A DNA stretch of 32,000 nucleotides from Candidatus Brocadia sp. (GTDB lineage: Bacteria > Planctomycetota > Brocadiia > Brocadiales > Brocadiaceae), in NCBI GenBank assembly GCA_021646415.1, contig SOEU01000031.1, positions 1 through 32,000 on the forward strand, in the 5' to 3' direction. How positions within the stretch are numbered: position 1 is the stretch's first letter; each line of letters starts with the position of its first letter. Below, one piece after another: positions 1 through 7,917 of this stretch. The notes beneath the pieces are model-generated. The model searched no databases. It saw only the letters and a list, made by a program, of their open reading frames with translations, and was not told the origin of the DNA. The position numbers were made by a program, and so were the translations under genes.

Positions 1-2
1 TC

Positions 3-569
3 TATCTGTATGTCATTCTCGATATCTTCAGCCGTTATGTCGTCGGATGGATGGTTGCACACCGTGAACAGGCCATATTGGCACAACGGCTTATCTCCGA
101 TAGCTGTAAAAAACAGGCTATCAAGCCAGAACAACTGGTGATCCACGCTGATCGCGGCTCAAGCATGACATCGAAACCTGTGGCGTTTCTTCTGTCTGAT
201 CTGGGAATAACAAAAAGCCATTCTCGTCCTTACGTCAGTAACGACAACCCCTATTCGGAGGCACAGTTTAAAACCCTCAAGTATAGACCGGATTTCCCTG
301 GTAATTTCGGTTCAATTGAGGACGCCAGGGTATTCTGCAAAAGCTTTTTTACCTGGTACAACGGAGAACATCATCATTCCGGCATCGGTCTGCTAAAACC
401 AGAAGACGTCCACTATAGACGTACGGATCAAATTATGAAAGAACGCTCTCTTGTCTTAAAAACCGCCTTTGAAAATCACCCTAAACGATTCAAAGGAATT
501 TCACCTAAACCACCAAGTATGCCTGTGGCTGCCTGGATTAATAAACCAAAAACGGAATATACTCTATGA
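3..569 (+). mobile_element. IS3-family transposase OrfB (rve/DDE integrase core), 5' end cut by the window edge
   Basis: The frame is open from base 3; hand translation YLYVILDIFSRYVVGW precedes the listed Met. HADRGSSMTS and DNPYSEAQFKTLKY fit the second D and the E regions of IS3-type DDE transposases (pattern HSDxGxQYTS ... DNAxxESFFxxLK). The C-terminal HHSGIG...HPKRF...WINKP tail is also typical. Confidence 0.85.
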
Positions 570-597
570 TTAGAGTCTAAATTATTTTTAAAAGTGT

Positions 598-2277
598 CTA
601 ATTTTCATTGACATATTCCGCTTCCGTCAACTGTGAGATAGCAAGCTCTGCTATGCGTTGCTCAAAGCTACCTCTAGAGCCAATATTTACACCGTTGTCA
701 GTCAGTTCATCATACAATACCTTCCGATCCAACAGGTAGTTCTCAAGACAATACCTATCCCATTGAAGCACTCTCACAAGGTTCGTGCTTGCCAAGTTTT
801 CCGGGCGTCTGTCCAAATCAAAAATGAAACAATTGAGTTTATCTAATTCACCCTTACGCTCTGCATCTTGTAGTGTTGCGATCTCCTTTTCTACCTCTCT
901 GCGTCCACCCAAGCTTGTAATTTTATAGCCCATAACCTGGTCATAAAATCCCTCCTCCAATATAGCGGTATCATGCTCGCCTTCGACGAATATGTTTCCG
1001 CGAGAGAACAGAGTATCGGCAGCGGTTGTTCCTAATCGGCGAAGGGCTTCGAATATTTCCATTTGATCGCGTTCGTAAATCTTTGTCGCATCTTTATGGG
1101 AACGGAGATGATGAATACTACAGTCCTGTCTGTCAAAAGCAGCACCCAGAATATCAGCAGAATGGGTGCAGACCAGAACCTGTATATCATTGTCGGCAAT
1201 GATCGTGCCGCTGAGAAAGGGCACGGTGTTCTTACAGACAGCGGGATTGAGGTGTAATTCAGGTTCGTCGGTAAGAGCAATACCCCCACGAGCAAGGCTC
1301 CGCCGTAAGAGCATGAAAGTCAGAATTAATCCCTTTTCACCACTACTCATGCTATCTATGTCAAAGACTTTGCCTGTTGATGCCTCTCTGATAGCGACCT
1401 TGAGGGTTCCTACCGGTGTTACCGATAAACCTACGAGTTCCTTGCCAGGTAGTAGTTTTTCCAGTACCTGCCTAAAATCATCATGGACTTTTGATTGATC
1501 AAGTCCAGAGAATAGCAGATTATTAACGATAGTTTGCTTGAGGCGTTGATATTTTGTTGAGGCTTGACCGATATGAGCCTGAATCTGGTTATTTGCTTCC
1601 CCTGAACCGATTTGTACGTTCACCTCGCCCGTGGGGAAGGCTCGGTCTGCCGGGAAATAACTAAACAGCGCCTGGTGTGGTGGACATCGACGTTCGAGAA
1701 TGATTACCATGACTTGATTGAAGGGATCATCACCTCTGATCTGGCCCTTAGCTCCATCAATTGTCAACTGTATTGGTAAAATGAATGGTGCTTGGAATTT
1801 GTCTAGTCTTTCTCCTACTACCTTAATGGTACTTTCTAATCTCGATTTCCCTTCATTTGAAGACAGGTACTGCGTAAAAGCAAGCTGGCTTTGTTCATCC
1901 GAGCGAGCCATCTGTCCTCTTAAGAAATCAAGAGCAATTTGATTTCGGACACTCTTCAGATATTCAAGCTCATTGGCGTTCATTTCCAACTGCATCTGCA
2001 CACGCACCGCCTCGTTCGGTTCGCGGGCAAGGGCAGAAAAATCGATATAATTGCTTAATTGTGGATGAGGTGAAGTGGCCCCAAGAGATACCAAAACTTG
2101 CTGCCCTTCTTGGAAGTAACGAGGCATGAGTAATGCTTTTGTAAGTCGAACAGCTTCAAGAATTGTTGTTTTTCCAATGGCGTTGGGTCCTACGATTACA
2201 TTAGTTGGCTGGTCGAATTCACACTCAACATTGCTTAGACCGCGAAGATTCTCAATTTTAAGCTTACGAATTCTCAT
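598..2277 (-). CDS. ABC/SMC-type AAA ATPase fused to a C-terminal Toprim-like (OLD / DUF4435-type) domain; candidate anti-phage protein
   Basis: N-terminus RIRKLKIENLRGL followed by Walker A GPNAIGKT. Walker B region is ALTDEPELHLNP and the signature-like segment is VCTHSADIL. The last ~160 aa carry FVEGEHDTAIL (Toprim Glu), FIFDLDRRP (DxD) and CLENYLL. The listed ORF begins at a TTG (2307); I prefer the ATG at 2277, preceded by AAAGGAG. Confidence 0.8.
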   Translation of the reverse strand: MRIRKLKIENLRGLSNVECEFDQPTNVIVGPNAIGKTTILEAVRLTKALLMPRYFQEGQQVLVSLGATSPHPQLSNYIDFSALAREPNEAVRVQMQLEMNANELEYLKSVRNQIALDFLRGQMARSDEQSQLAFTQYLSSNEGKSRLESTIKVVGERLDKFQAPFILPIQLTIDGAKGQIRGDDPFNQVMVIILERRCPPHQALFSYFPADRAFPTGEVNVQIGSGEANNQIQAHIGQASTKYQRLKQTIVNNLLFSGLDQSKVHDDFRQVLEKLLPGKELVGLSVTPVGTLKVAIREASTGKVFDIDSMSSGEKGLILTFMLLRRSLARGGIALTDEPELHLNPAVCKNTVPFLSGTIIADNDIQVLVCTHSADILGAAFDRQDCSIHHLRSHKDATKIYERDQMEIFEALRRLGTTAADTLFSRGNIFVEGEHDTAILEEGFYDQVMGYKITSLGGRREVEKEIATLQDAERKGELDKLNCFIFDLDRRPENLASTNLVRVLQWDRYCLENYLLDRKVLYDELTDNGVNIGSRGSFEQRIAELAISQLTEAEYVNEN

Positions 2278-2400
2278 ATCAGAAGTTACTCCTTTTATCT
2301 GGTTCAAGCATCTGCTTCCAAAACTTATTTTTATCTCTATTCTATAATTATCAAAGTTATTTATGATATTTCAGATAAAACATAATCAATAAGCATTACA

Positions 2401-2499
2401 TTATTTGCTGAACTTACTTGCCACAAAGCATGAATTGTTTCCGTTGTATTCCATGATATTTATTATTGCATTACGGATTTCTTTTCTAAAAGGTTTTGC
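2401..2499 (-). pseudogene. Decayed duplicate of the 3' end of the KS-like gene (about 32 codons plus stop); no upstream coding continuation
   Basis: Hand alignment of 2401..2498 against 3077..3174 gives 76 of 98 nt identical with no gaps. The minus-strand translation KPFRKEIRNAIINIMEYNGNNSCFVASKFSK* parallels KPFRKEIHNALINTMDYDGNNSCLVISKFSKSH* at the end of the 3071..4312 gene. Similarity is lost upstream, and an in-frame TAA lies at 2527..2529. Confidence 0.7.
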
Positions 2500-2564
2500 C
2501 GCACTGTCAGGAGTTTCATCCTGCCATTACACTAATCGTCAAGTGAAGTGACTTGCTTGACGCA

Positions 2565-2786
2565 TTATGGGAAATACCTGTAAATCTCTTTTCTGTTCAG
2601 ACAGCGAACAAAGAACACCGTATTGTTCTCAATAGTTAGCCCGATTCGATATTCACCCACTCTGATGCAATAGAAGTTACTTCCACCCTTTAACTTTTTA
2701 AAATTAGATATGTCTTGCATGCTTTGTGCCTTCTCAACAGATTCAATGACTTCTTTGATTCGATTCAATAAGTTCTTATTTTTCAT
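2565..2786 (-). CDS. RelE/ParE-family type II toxin; N-terminal ~14 codons appear displaced into another frame
   Basis: KKLKGGSNFYCIRVGEYRIGLTIENNTVFFVRCLNRKEIYRYF matches the RelE/ParE (plasmid stabilisation) core pattern G...YRIRVGDYRI.Y.I.....V.I..V.HRKEIY. It lies directly downstream of a small acidic partner ORF. Confidence 0.8.
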   Translation of the reverse strand: MKNKNLLNRIKEVIESVEKAQSMQDISNFKKLKGGSNFYCIRVGEYRIGLTIENNTVFFVRCLNRKEIYRYFP

Positions 2787-2827
2787 GTTGCGGAGGTCTT
2801 TAGAAAAGCTGGTTCTAAATTAAACAT

Positions 2828-3034
2828 TCATGTCTTACCTTCAAGAAGTTTAAAAATTTCTTCTCGTTGGACTAATTCCATACTTTTACCTTCCTCAATA
2901 GCATGAGCAAGCGCCACATCCTCAATCGCTTCTTCAATTGCATCATGAAGCAAATCATGCCGTTCTTCAAGGACTTCGACTAAAGCAGTCTTGATTAGGT
3001 TCTTAAGTTGTTCCTGGTTTATTGATATTTCCAT
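2828..3034 (-). CDS. Putative antitoxin partner of the RelE/ParE toxin (68 aa, acidic, helical)
   Basis: Small ORF immediately upstream of the toxin. Its TGA stop is followed directly by an ATG that begins MFNLE. I prefer the internal ATG at 3034 (MEISINQEQ...) because GGAAGGA lies 6-7 nt upstream. No family motif recognised beyond position and composition. Confidence 0.55.
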   Translation of the reverse strand: MEISINQEQLKNLIKTALVEVLEERHDLLHDAIEEAIEDVALAHAIEEGKSMELVQREEIFKLLEGKT

Positions 3035-3070
3035 AATATCGTCCTTCCTGCTTATAAAAATAAAACACAC

Positions 3071-4312
3071 TCAATGAGATTTGCTAAACTTGCTTATCAC
3101 CAAACATGAATTATTTCCATCATAATCCATGGTATTTATCAACGCATTGTGTATTTCTTTTCTAAAGGGTTTTTCAAGGATAAGACTTAAGTTGATTTCC
3201 TGATCTTTGTTGCTATGATTGATGATGTGGGGTATTTGACTTGTGTTGATGGACATGACCGTTGAAATGAACTGTGCTGCGCCTGAAGCGCCGTAAGACT
3301 CCCCCACATTCGATTTGATTGCGGATATGGGGATTTGACTGCTCCCTGTGCCAAAATAAGATTGGATTGCCTTCGCTTCGACTGCATCCTGCATCTTGCA
3401 TCCGTTTGCATTTGCACTGATGAGATCAACCTCTTCTTTCTTTACACCAGCGTCTTCCAATGCATCATGCATGGCCTTTTCGGCGCGACGCACCCTTGCA
3501 TCTGACGGATGGCTTTTACCGCCCACGAAGGTATTCCCAAAGCCCTTTACCTCCGCATAGATATGGGCTCCCCTGTCCATGGCGTGCTGAAGCTCTTCAA
3601 GGATAACCACGTAACTGCCTTCTGACATGACAAAGCCATTTCTTGCCTTATCAAAGGGTAAACTCGCCTCTCTTGTGCCGTCAAGTCCGGACAGAAGGCC
3701 GCGCAGGTAAAATATAAGATACAAATCAATGGAAATCTGCTCTACCCCCCCTGCCACGATTATCTTTGCCATATCCCGCTGAATCATCTTAGACGCATCC
3801 GCTATGGCATCGGTACTGGACGTAAAACCAGCAGATATGGTGCGTGCAAGTCCCTTCATCTTGAAGATGACAGATACGTAATTGATGGAAGAATTTAATG
3901 CGACGTCATAACTGAGCATGGGTGACAACTCAGATGGATTATTCCTGATAATTTCGTAAAAATAATCCGTTGTCTCAGAAAAATTTCCCAGGGATGAGCC
4001 AATGACCATGCCCATCTGATTTGATAAGGAACCGTCCTGCGGTATCTTTGCGTCATCCAGCGCCATCTTAGCGGCAGACGCCAGGAAACGTGTACCTTTG
4101 TTCAAGTATTTTAAACCTTTACTACCAAGGTATATTTCGGGTTTGAGGTCATTTATTTCGCCGCCGAGCTTGCATTTATAAGGAGACACGTCAAAAGAAG
4201 ACATAGGGACAATGCCCGATTTTCCCGCAATAAGATTATTCCAGAATGCCTCTTTACCGCATCCAAGAGGTGATACAACACCAAAACCGGTAATAACGAC
4301 TCTTTTTTTCAT
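3071..4312 (-). CDS. Beta-ketoacyl synthase-fold protein lacking the Cys-His-His triad (chain-length-factor-like partner)
   Basis: Collinear with FabF throughout (MKKRVVITGFGVVSPLG ... IIVAGGVE ... DGFVMSEG). At the active-site positions it reads ISAGFTSS (Cys to Phe), SANANGC (His to Asn) and KSNVGESYGASG (His to Glu). Confidence 0.85.
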   Translation of the reverse strand: MKKRVVITGFGVVSPLGCGKEAFWNNLIAGKSGIVPMSSFDVSPYKCKLGGEINDLKPEIYLGSKGLKYLNKGTRFLASAAKMALDDAKIPQDGSLSNQMGMVIGSSLGNFSETTDYFYEIIRNNPSELSPMLSYDVALNSSINYVSVIFKMKGLARTISAGFTSSTDAIADASKMIQRDMAKIIVAGGVEQISIDLYLIFYLRGLLSGLDGTREASLPFDKARNGFVMSEGSYVVILEELQHAMDRGAHIYAEVKGFGNTFVGGKSHPSDARVRRAEKAMHDALEDAGVKKEEVDLISANANGCKMQDAVEAKAIQSYFGTGSSQIPISAIKSNVGESYGASGAAQFISTVMSINTSQIPHIINHSNKDQEINLSLILEKPFRKEIHNALINTMDYDGNNSCLVISKFSKSH

Positions 4313-4399
4313 ACGTTTTTGTTATACTTTATCCACAAAAGCTCAAAAACATGAAGGGAATGATATGTTCGCTTCGCACTTCGTACACTCAGGACAGGC

Positions 4400-5611
4400 T
4401 TAACTCATCCTACTAAATATTGTCGTAGCATTATTACCACCGAAGGCAAAGGAATTATTTAATACGTGATCCACTTTTAACTCACGTGCCGCATTGGGTG
4501 CATAATCGAGATCGCATTCCGGGTCTGGTGTTTCATAATTAATAGTCGGAGGCACTATTCCATGCCTCAGTACCAGACAGCAAACAACCGATTCTACGGC
4601 ACTCGCAGCGCCCATGAGATGACCAATCATAGATTTGGTGGAACTGCAGGGAATCTTATATGCGCCCTCGTTAAATACACGTTTTATAGCAATAGTTTCC
4701 GTCTTATCGTTATGGGGTGTACCCGTGCCATGGGCATTGATATAACCAATTTGTGCAGGAGAAAGCCTTGCCATCTTTAACGCATCACTCATGCATTTTA
4801 CCGCTCCATCTCCTTCAGGATGGGGTGCCGTCATGTGAAATCCATCACAGCTCAAGCCATAACCAGCCATTTCCGCAATAATCGTCGCCCCGCGTTTTTT
4901 GGCAAACTCGTAACGCTCCATAATCAGTATCCCGGCCCCTTCCCCAATCATGAGCCCCTGACGATTTTTATCGAAAGGCTGACAGCGATCAGGAGCTAGG
5001 GCTTTGAGGTTATGAAAGTGGGTAAATTCCGTTTGAGGAATCATGTCACCGCCGCCAACCATTACCACATCCACCTTATTGTCCACAAGGAGGTCATACG
5101 CCCATGCAATGGCGTGATTGCCCGATGAGCAGGCATTCAGCGAAATCATGGCCGGACCTTCAAAATCAAAATAGTGAGCGAGAACATTGGTAATCGAATT
5201 AGGCGGGTAAACTGCGGCAACGGTTTTATCAAAACCATTGTCTTTTTTCGAGGTATCTAACCGCAGGAGCCTTTCAAATGGCGTTAATTCGGCTGCCAAC
5301 GTTCCGATGGCAATACCAAACCGCTCCCGATCGGATTTCTTGTCATGTAACAAACCACTTTCCTGGAGTGCCTCTCTGGCTGCGTAGTAGACGTATTTAT
5401 GGATAGTGTTTTCCTTGATCTGATTCTCTAATGCAACATCTAAGTGAAAATCCTTTACCTCACAGGAACGATGCACCTTGTATTTAGAGGTATCAAAGGA
5501 CTTCATCTCATTGGCCCCGTTTCTGCCCTGGATAAACGATTCCCAGCTTTGCTTTACGCCAGTCCCGACGGGTGTAACTAATCCTAACCCTGTAATTACA
5601 ACCTTTGCCAT
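4400..5611 (-). CDS. Beta-ketoacyl-ACP synthase II family (FabF-like), catalytically intact
   Basis: SLNACSSGNHAI (active Cys), INAHGTGTPHND and STKSMIGHLMGAAS (both His), C-terminal NSFAFGGNNATTIF. The listed ORF starts at a TTG (5620); the ATG at 5611 gives MAKVVITGLGLVTP. Confidence 0.9.
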   Translation of the reverse strand: MAKVVITGLGLVTPVGTGVKQSWESFIQGRNGANEMKSFDTSKYKVHRSCEVKDFHLDVALENQIKENTIHKYVYYAAREALQESGLLHDKKSDRERFGIAIGTLAAELTPFERLLRLDTSKKDNGFDKTVAAVYPPNSITNVLAHYFDFEGPAMISLNACSSGNHAIAWAYDLLVDNKVDVVMVGGGDMIPQTEFTHFHNLKALAPDRCQPFDKNRQGLMIGEGAGILIMERYEFAKKRGATIIAEMAGYGLSCDGFHMTAPHPEGDGAVKCMSDALKMARLSPAQIGYINAHGTGTPHNDKTETIAIKRVFNEGAYKIPCSSTKSMIGHLMGAASAVESVVCCLVLRHGIVPPTINYETPDPECDLDYAPNAARELKVDHVLNNSFAFGGNNATTIFSRMS

Positions 5612-5746
5612 AGTGTTCAATCTTTAAATAATAGAGGTCAACTATTCACTCACATAATGCGAATAAGTTGACCTATAATAATTAATAAGTACGACAGCCC
5701 TTATGTTTTGCTCTGAAATACTATTGATAAGAGAATTATTCAGAAC

Positions 5747-7228
5747 TCAGGGTGATACCTCAATCGGTGTCAAATCCGCCTTTTTCCCAGCTCTTTTCGA
5801 TTGATTATATCGTTTTAATGCCTCTTCATAGAACCCAGATGTCTGCAATTCTTTTAGATTTTGGATCAGATGCTGATAAACGGACTGCCAATCCAAATTT
5901 ACCCTGAATGCAAACATGGCGGCATTCATATTATCCTTTAATATCTCTTTTGCATTCTGAAATCTCTGCCGCAATACCTCCGTGGCGTAAATCCTGTCAT
6001 ACAAATATTGAAAGCCATCAATAAGTTCCTGAAGAGACATGTTTTTGAGGATATACGTGAGGTGGTGAGATGTATAATATTTCCAGTCCTCCGGAAAGTT
6101 TGTCCTGAAAAGTCTTCCCTCTCCGTTCAACCTGTGATAAAGCGGCGTATTAATAAATGGACACAAAATGCCGCAGGTCATAATATCAACATGGGAATCC
6201 AGAACAAAATCGGCAACCTGCTTAAAGGTTTCCGGGGTATCGGCATCATTTCCAAAGACCATTGTCCCCCACACGGCAAGGCCGTGTTTGCGGATATTAG
6301 CGATGGCCTCAAAATAATTCTCAATAGAGATGCGCAAATTTACATTCTTGTTCATCGTTTTCAAGGCTTCTTCGTTGATGGATTCAATCCCAATTAATAC
6401 CCCAACACATCCACTTTTCATCATGTATTCAAGGGTTTCGTCGTCTTTATAAATATTAAGGGAGGTAAAACCAAACCAGTTCTGGTAAATACCCCTTTCC
6501 ACCATACCCTTAAAAAGGTCCCGGACACGCTCGTTGGACTTTTTGCTGTGCCCGTAAAAGTTTTCGTCCGTCAGGATCAAACCGCGATATTGTCCCTTAA
6601 TGGATTCGAACTCATCAAGGACATCCTCGATGGGTCTTTCACGATATTTCCTTCCCTGAAACTGAGGGACAGAACAAAACTCACAGCTAAAGGGGCATCC
6701 TGCTGTCGTTATGATACCTGAATATCGGTATTTATACTTATCCTTCAAATACTTTCTATCCGGACGCAATCCCTGATATAACTCCATGGGTGTCAGAACA
6801 CCATCGTATCTTTTTTGGAGACGGCCTTTTTCAAAATCACCAATGATCTTTTCCCATGTGGTTACAGCTTCCCTGGTCACAACACAATCCACATATTTTG
6901 CCGCCTCTTCCGGGTAACTTGTTGCGTGAATACCGCCCATAATCACCGGAATACCCCGCTTTTTACAAGCAGTAGCTATTTGATATGCACGATGGGCCTG
7001 ATAACTCACCGAAGTAATGCCAACCAGGTCAGCCCCCCCAAAAGTAATCTCCCCTGTATTTTCATCAATCGCAAGCTCCTGAGTTTCATCGATGATATCG
7101 ACTTGCCAGTGTTTTGGTGTTATTACCTTCAGATAGCCGAGATTCACCGGCATTTGGTTTAATACAGAAACATTTTCCTCACCAACATTTCCAATTGGAT
7201 GTGGATTGATTAATACAAGTCTTTTCAT
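5747..7228 (-). CDS. B12 (cobalamin)-binding domain radical SAM enzyme
   Basis: N-terminal Rossmann-like B12 domain (RLVLINP ... GADLVGITSVSY ... GIPVIMGGIHATSYPEEA) followed by the radical SAM cluster motif TTAGCPFSCEFCSV (CxxxCxxC). I prefer the start at ATG 7228 (MKRLV), with GAGGA 6 nt upstream. Confidence 0.9.
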   Translation of the reverse strand: MKRLVLINPHPIGNVGEENVSVLNQMPVNLGYLKVITPKHWQVDIIDETQELAIDENTGEITFGGADLVGITSVSYQAHRAYQIATACKKRGIPVIMGGIHATSYPEEAAKYVDCVVTREAVTTWEKIIGDFEKGRLQKRYDGVLTPMELYQGLRPDRKYLKDKYKYRYSGIITTAGCPFSCEFCSVPQFQGRKYRERPIEDVLDEFESIKGQYRGLILTDENFYGHSKKSNERVRDLFKGMVERGIYQNWFGFTSLNIYKDDETLEYMMKSGCVGVLIGIESINEEALKTMNKNVNLRISIENYFEAIANIRKHGLAVWGTMVFGNDADTPETFKQVADFVLDSHVDIMTCGILCPFINTPLYHRLNGEGRLFRTNFPEDWKYYTSHHLTYILKNMSLQELIDGFQYLYDRIYATEVLRQRFQNAKEILKDNMNAAMFAFRVNLDWQSVYQHLIQNLKELQTSGFYEEALKRYNQSKRAGKKADLTPIEVSP

Positions 7229-7301
7229 GGACATTCCTCGTTTAGATGCAGAAAACACAGAAAAATCAAATTCTTTTGTCTACGATATTTTCTGGTCGGA
7301 G

Positions 7302-7700
7302 TCAGTCACCAGACAAAACTTCTGGCATTGCCTTTGGTACTAACAAAACCTGGGCAATAGCGTAATCCTGACAGTGGGATAATGATACAGCTATAGTGTT
7401 GATCCGTTTCTTGTCTGCCAATTCTTTTACACTGCCATAAAGATTCAAATAGGGTCTGCCCATTTCGTCATTTAAGAGCTCAATATCCGTCCATTTCATT
7501 TTACCGACCCAACCAGTTCCCAGAGCCTTGAACATTGCCTCTTTCGAGGCGAAACGAGCTGCAAAATGTTGATATTTATTCTTCTTTTGTTTGCAGTACT
7601 CTACCTCTTTTTCGGTGTAAATCCTCTTTAAAAAATCCTCATTAGCAGAAAACAACTTCTCAATACGTCTTATTTCTATAATATCAATACCAACATACAT
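7302..7700 (-). CDS. acpS: Holo-[acyl-carrier-protein] synthase (4'-phosphopantetheinyl transferase, AcpS type)
   Basis: 132 aa. MYVGIDIIEIRRIEK, FAARFASKEAMFKALG and SLSHCQDYAIAQVLL fit the AcpS pattern GIDIVEI.RI ... RFAAKEA..KA.G ... S.SH....A.A.v. Confidence 0.85.
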   Translation of the reverse strand: MYVGIDIIEIRRIEKLFSANEDFLKRIYTEKEVEYCKQKKNKYQHFAARFASKEAMFKALGTGWVGKMKWTDIELLNDEMGRPYLNLYGSVKELADKKRINTIAVSLSHCQDYAIAQVLLVPKAMPEVLSGD

Positions 7701-7771
7701 AGCTATATCCAGTTATATTTACATTTATTGTAACTGCTTATAAAGCAAGTATCTGTCGCTACGTAGGAGGC

Positions 7772-7800
7772 ATTGTACAAGTTTGTAAATTCAATGTCAA
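7772..7800 (-). promoter_or_regulatory. Sigma70-type promoter candidate for the acpS operon
   Basis: The minus strand reads TTGACA (7800..7795), a 17-nt spacer, then TACAAT (7777..7772), about 70 nt upstream of the acpS ATG. Confidence 0.5.
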
Positions 7801-7917
7801 TGACAATTTCCCCTATTGATTTTACCTATGATAAGCAGGAAGGAAGGAACAAATTTGAACCGAAGGAATGTATCCGGATTGCCTGTTTTTTAAATATCAT
7901 AAGACGCAAAATCTTGT

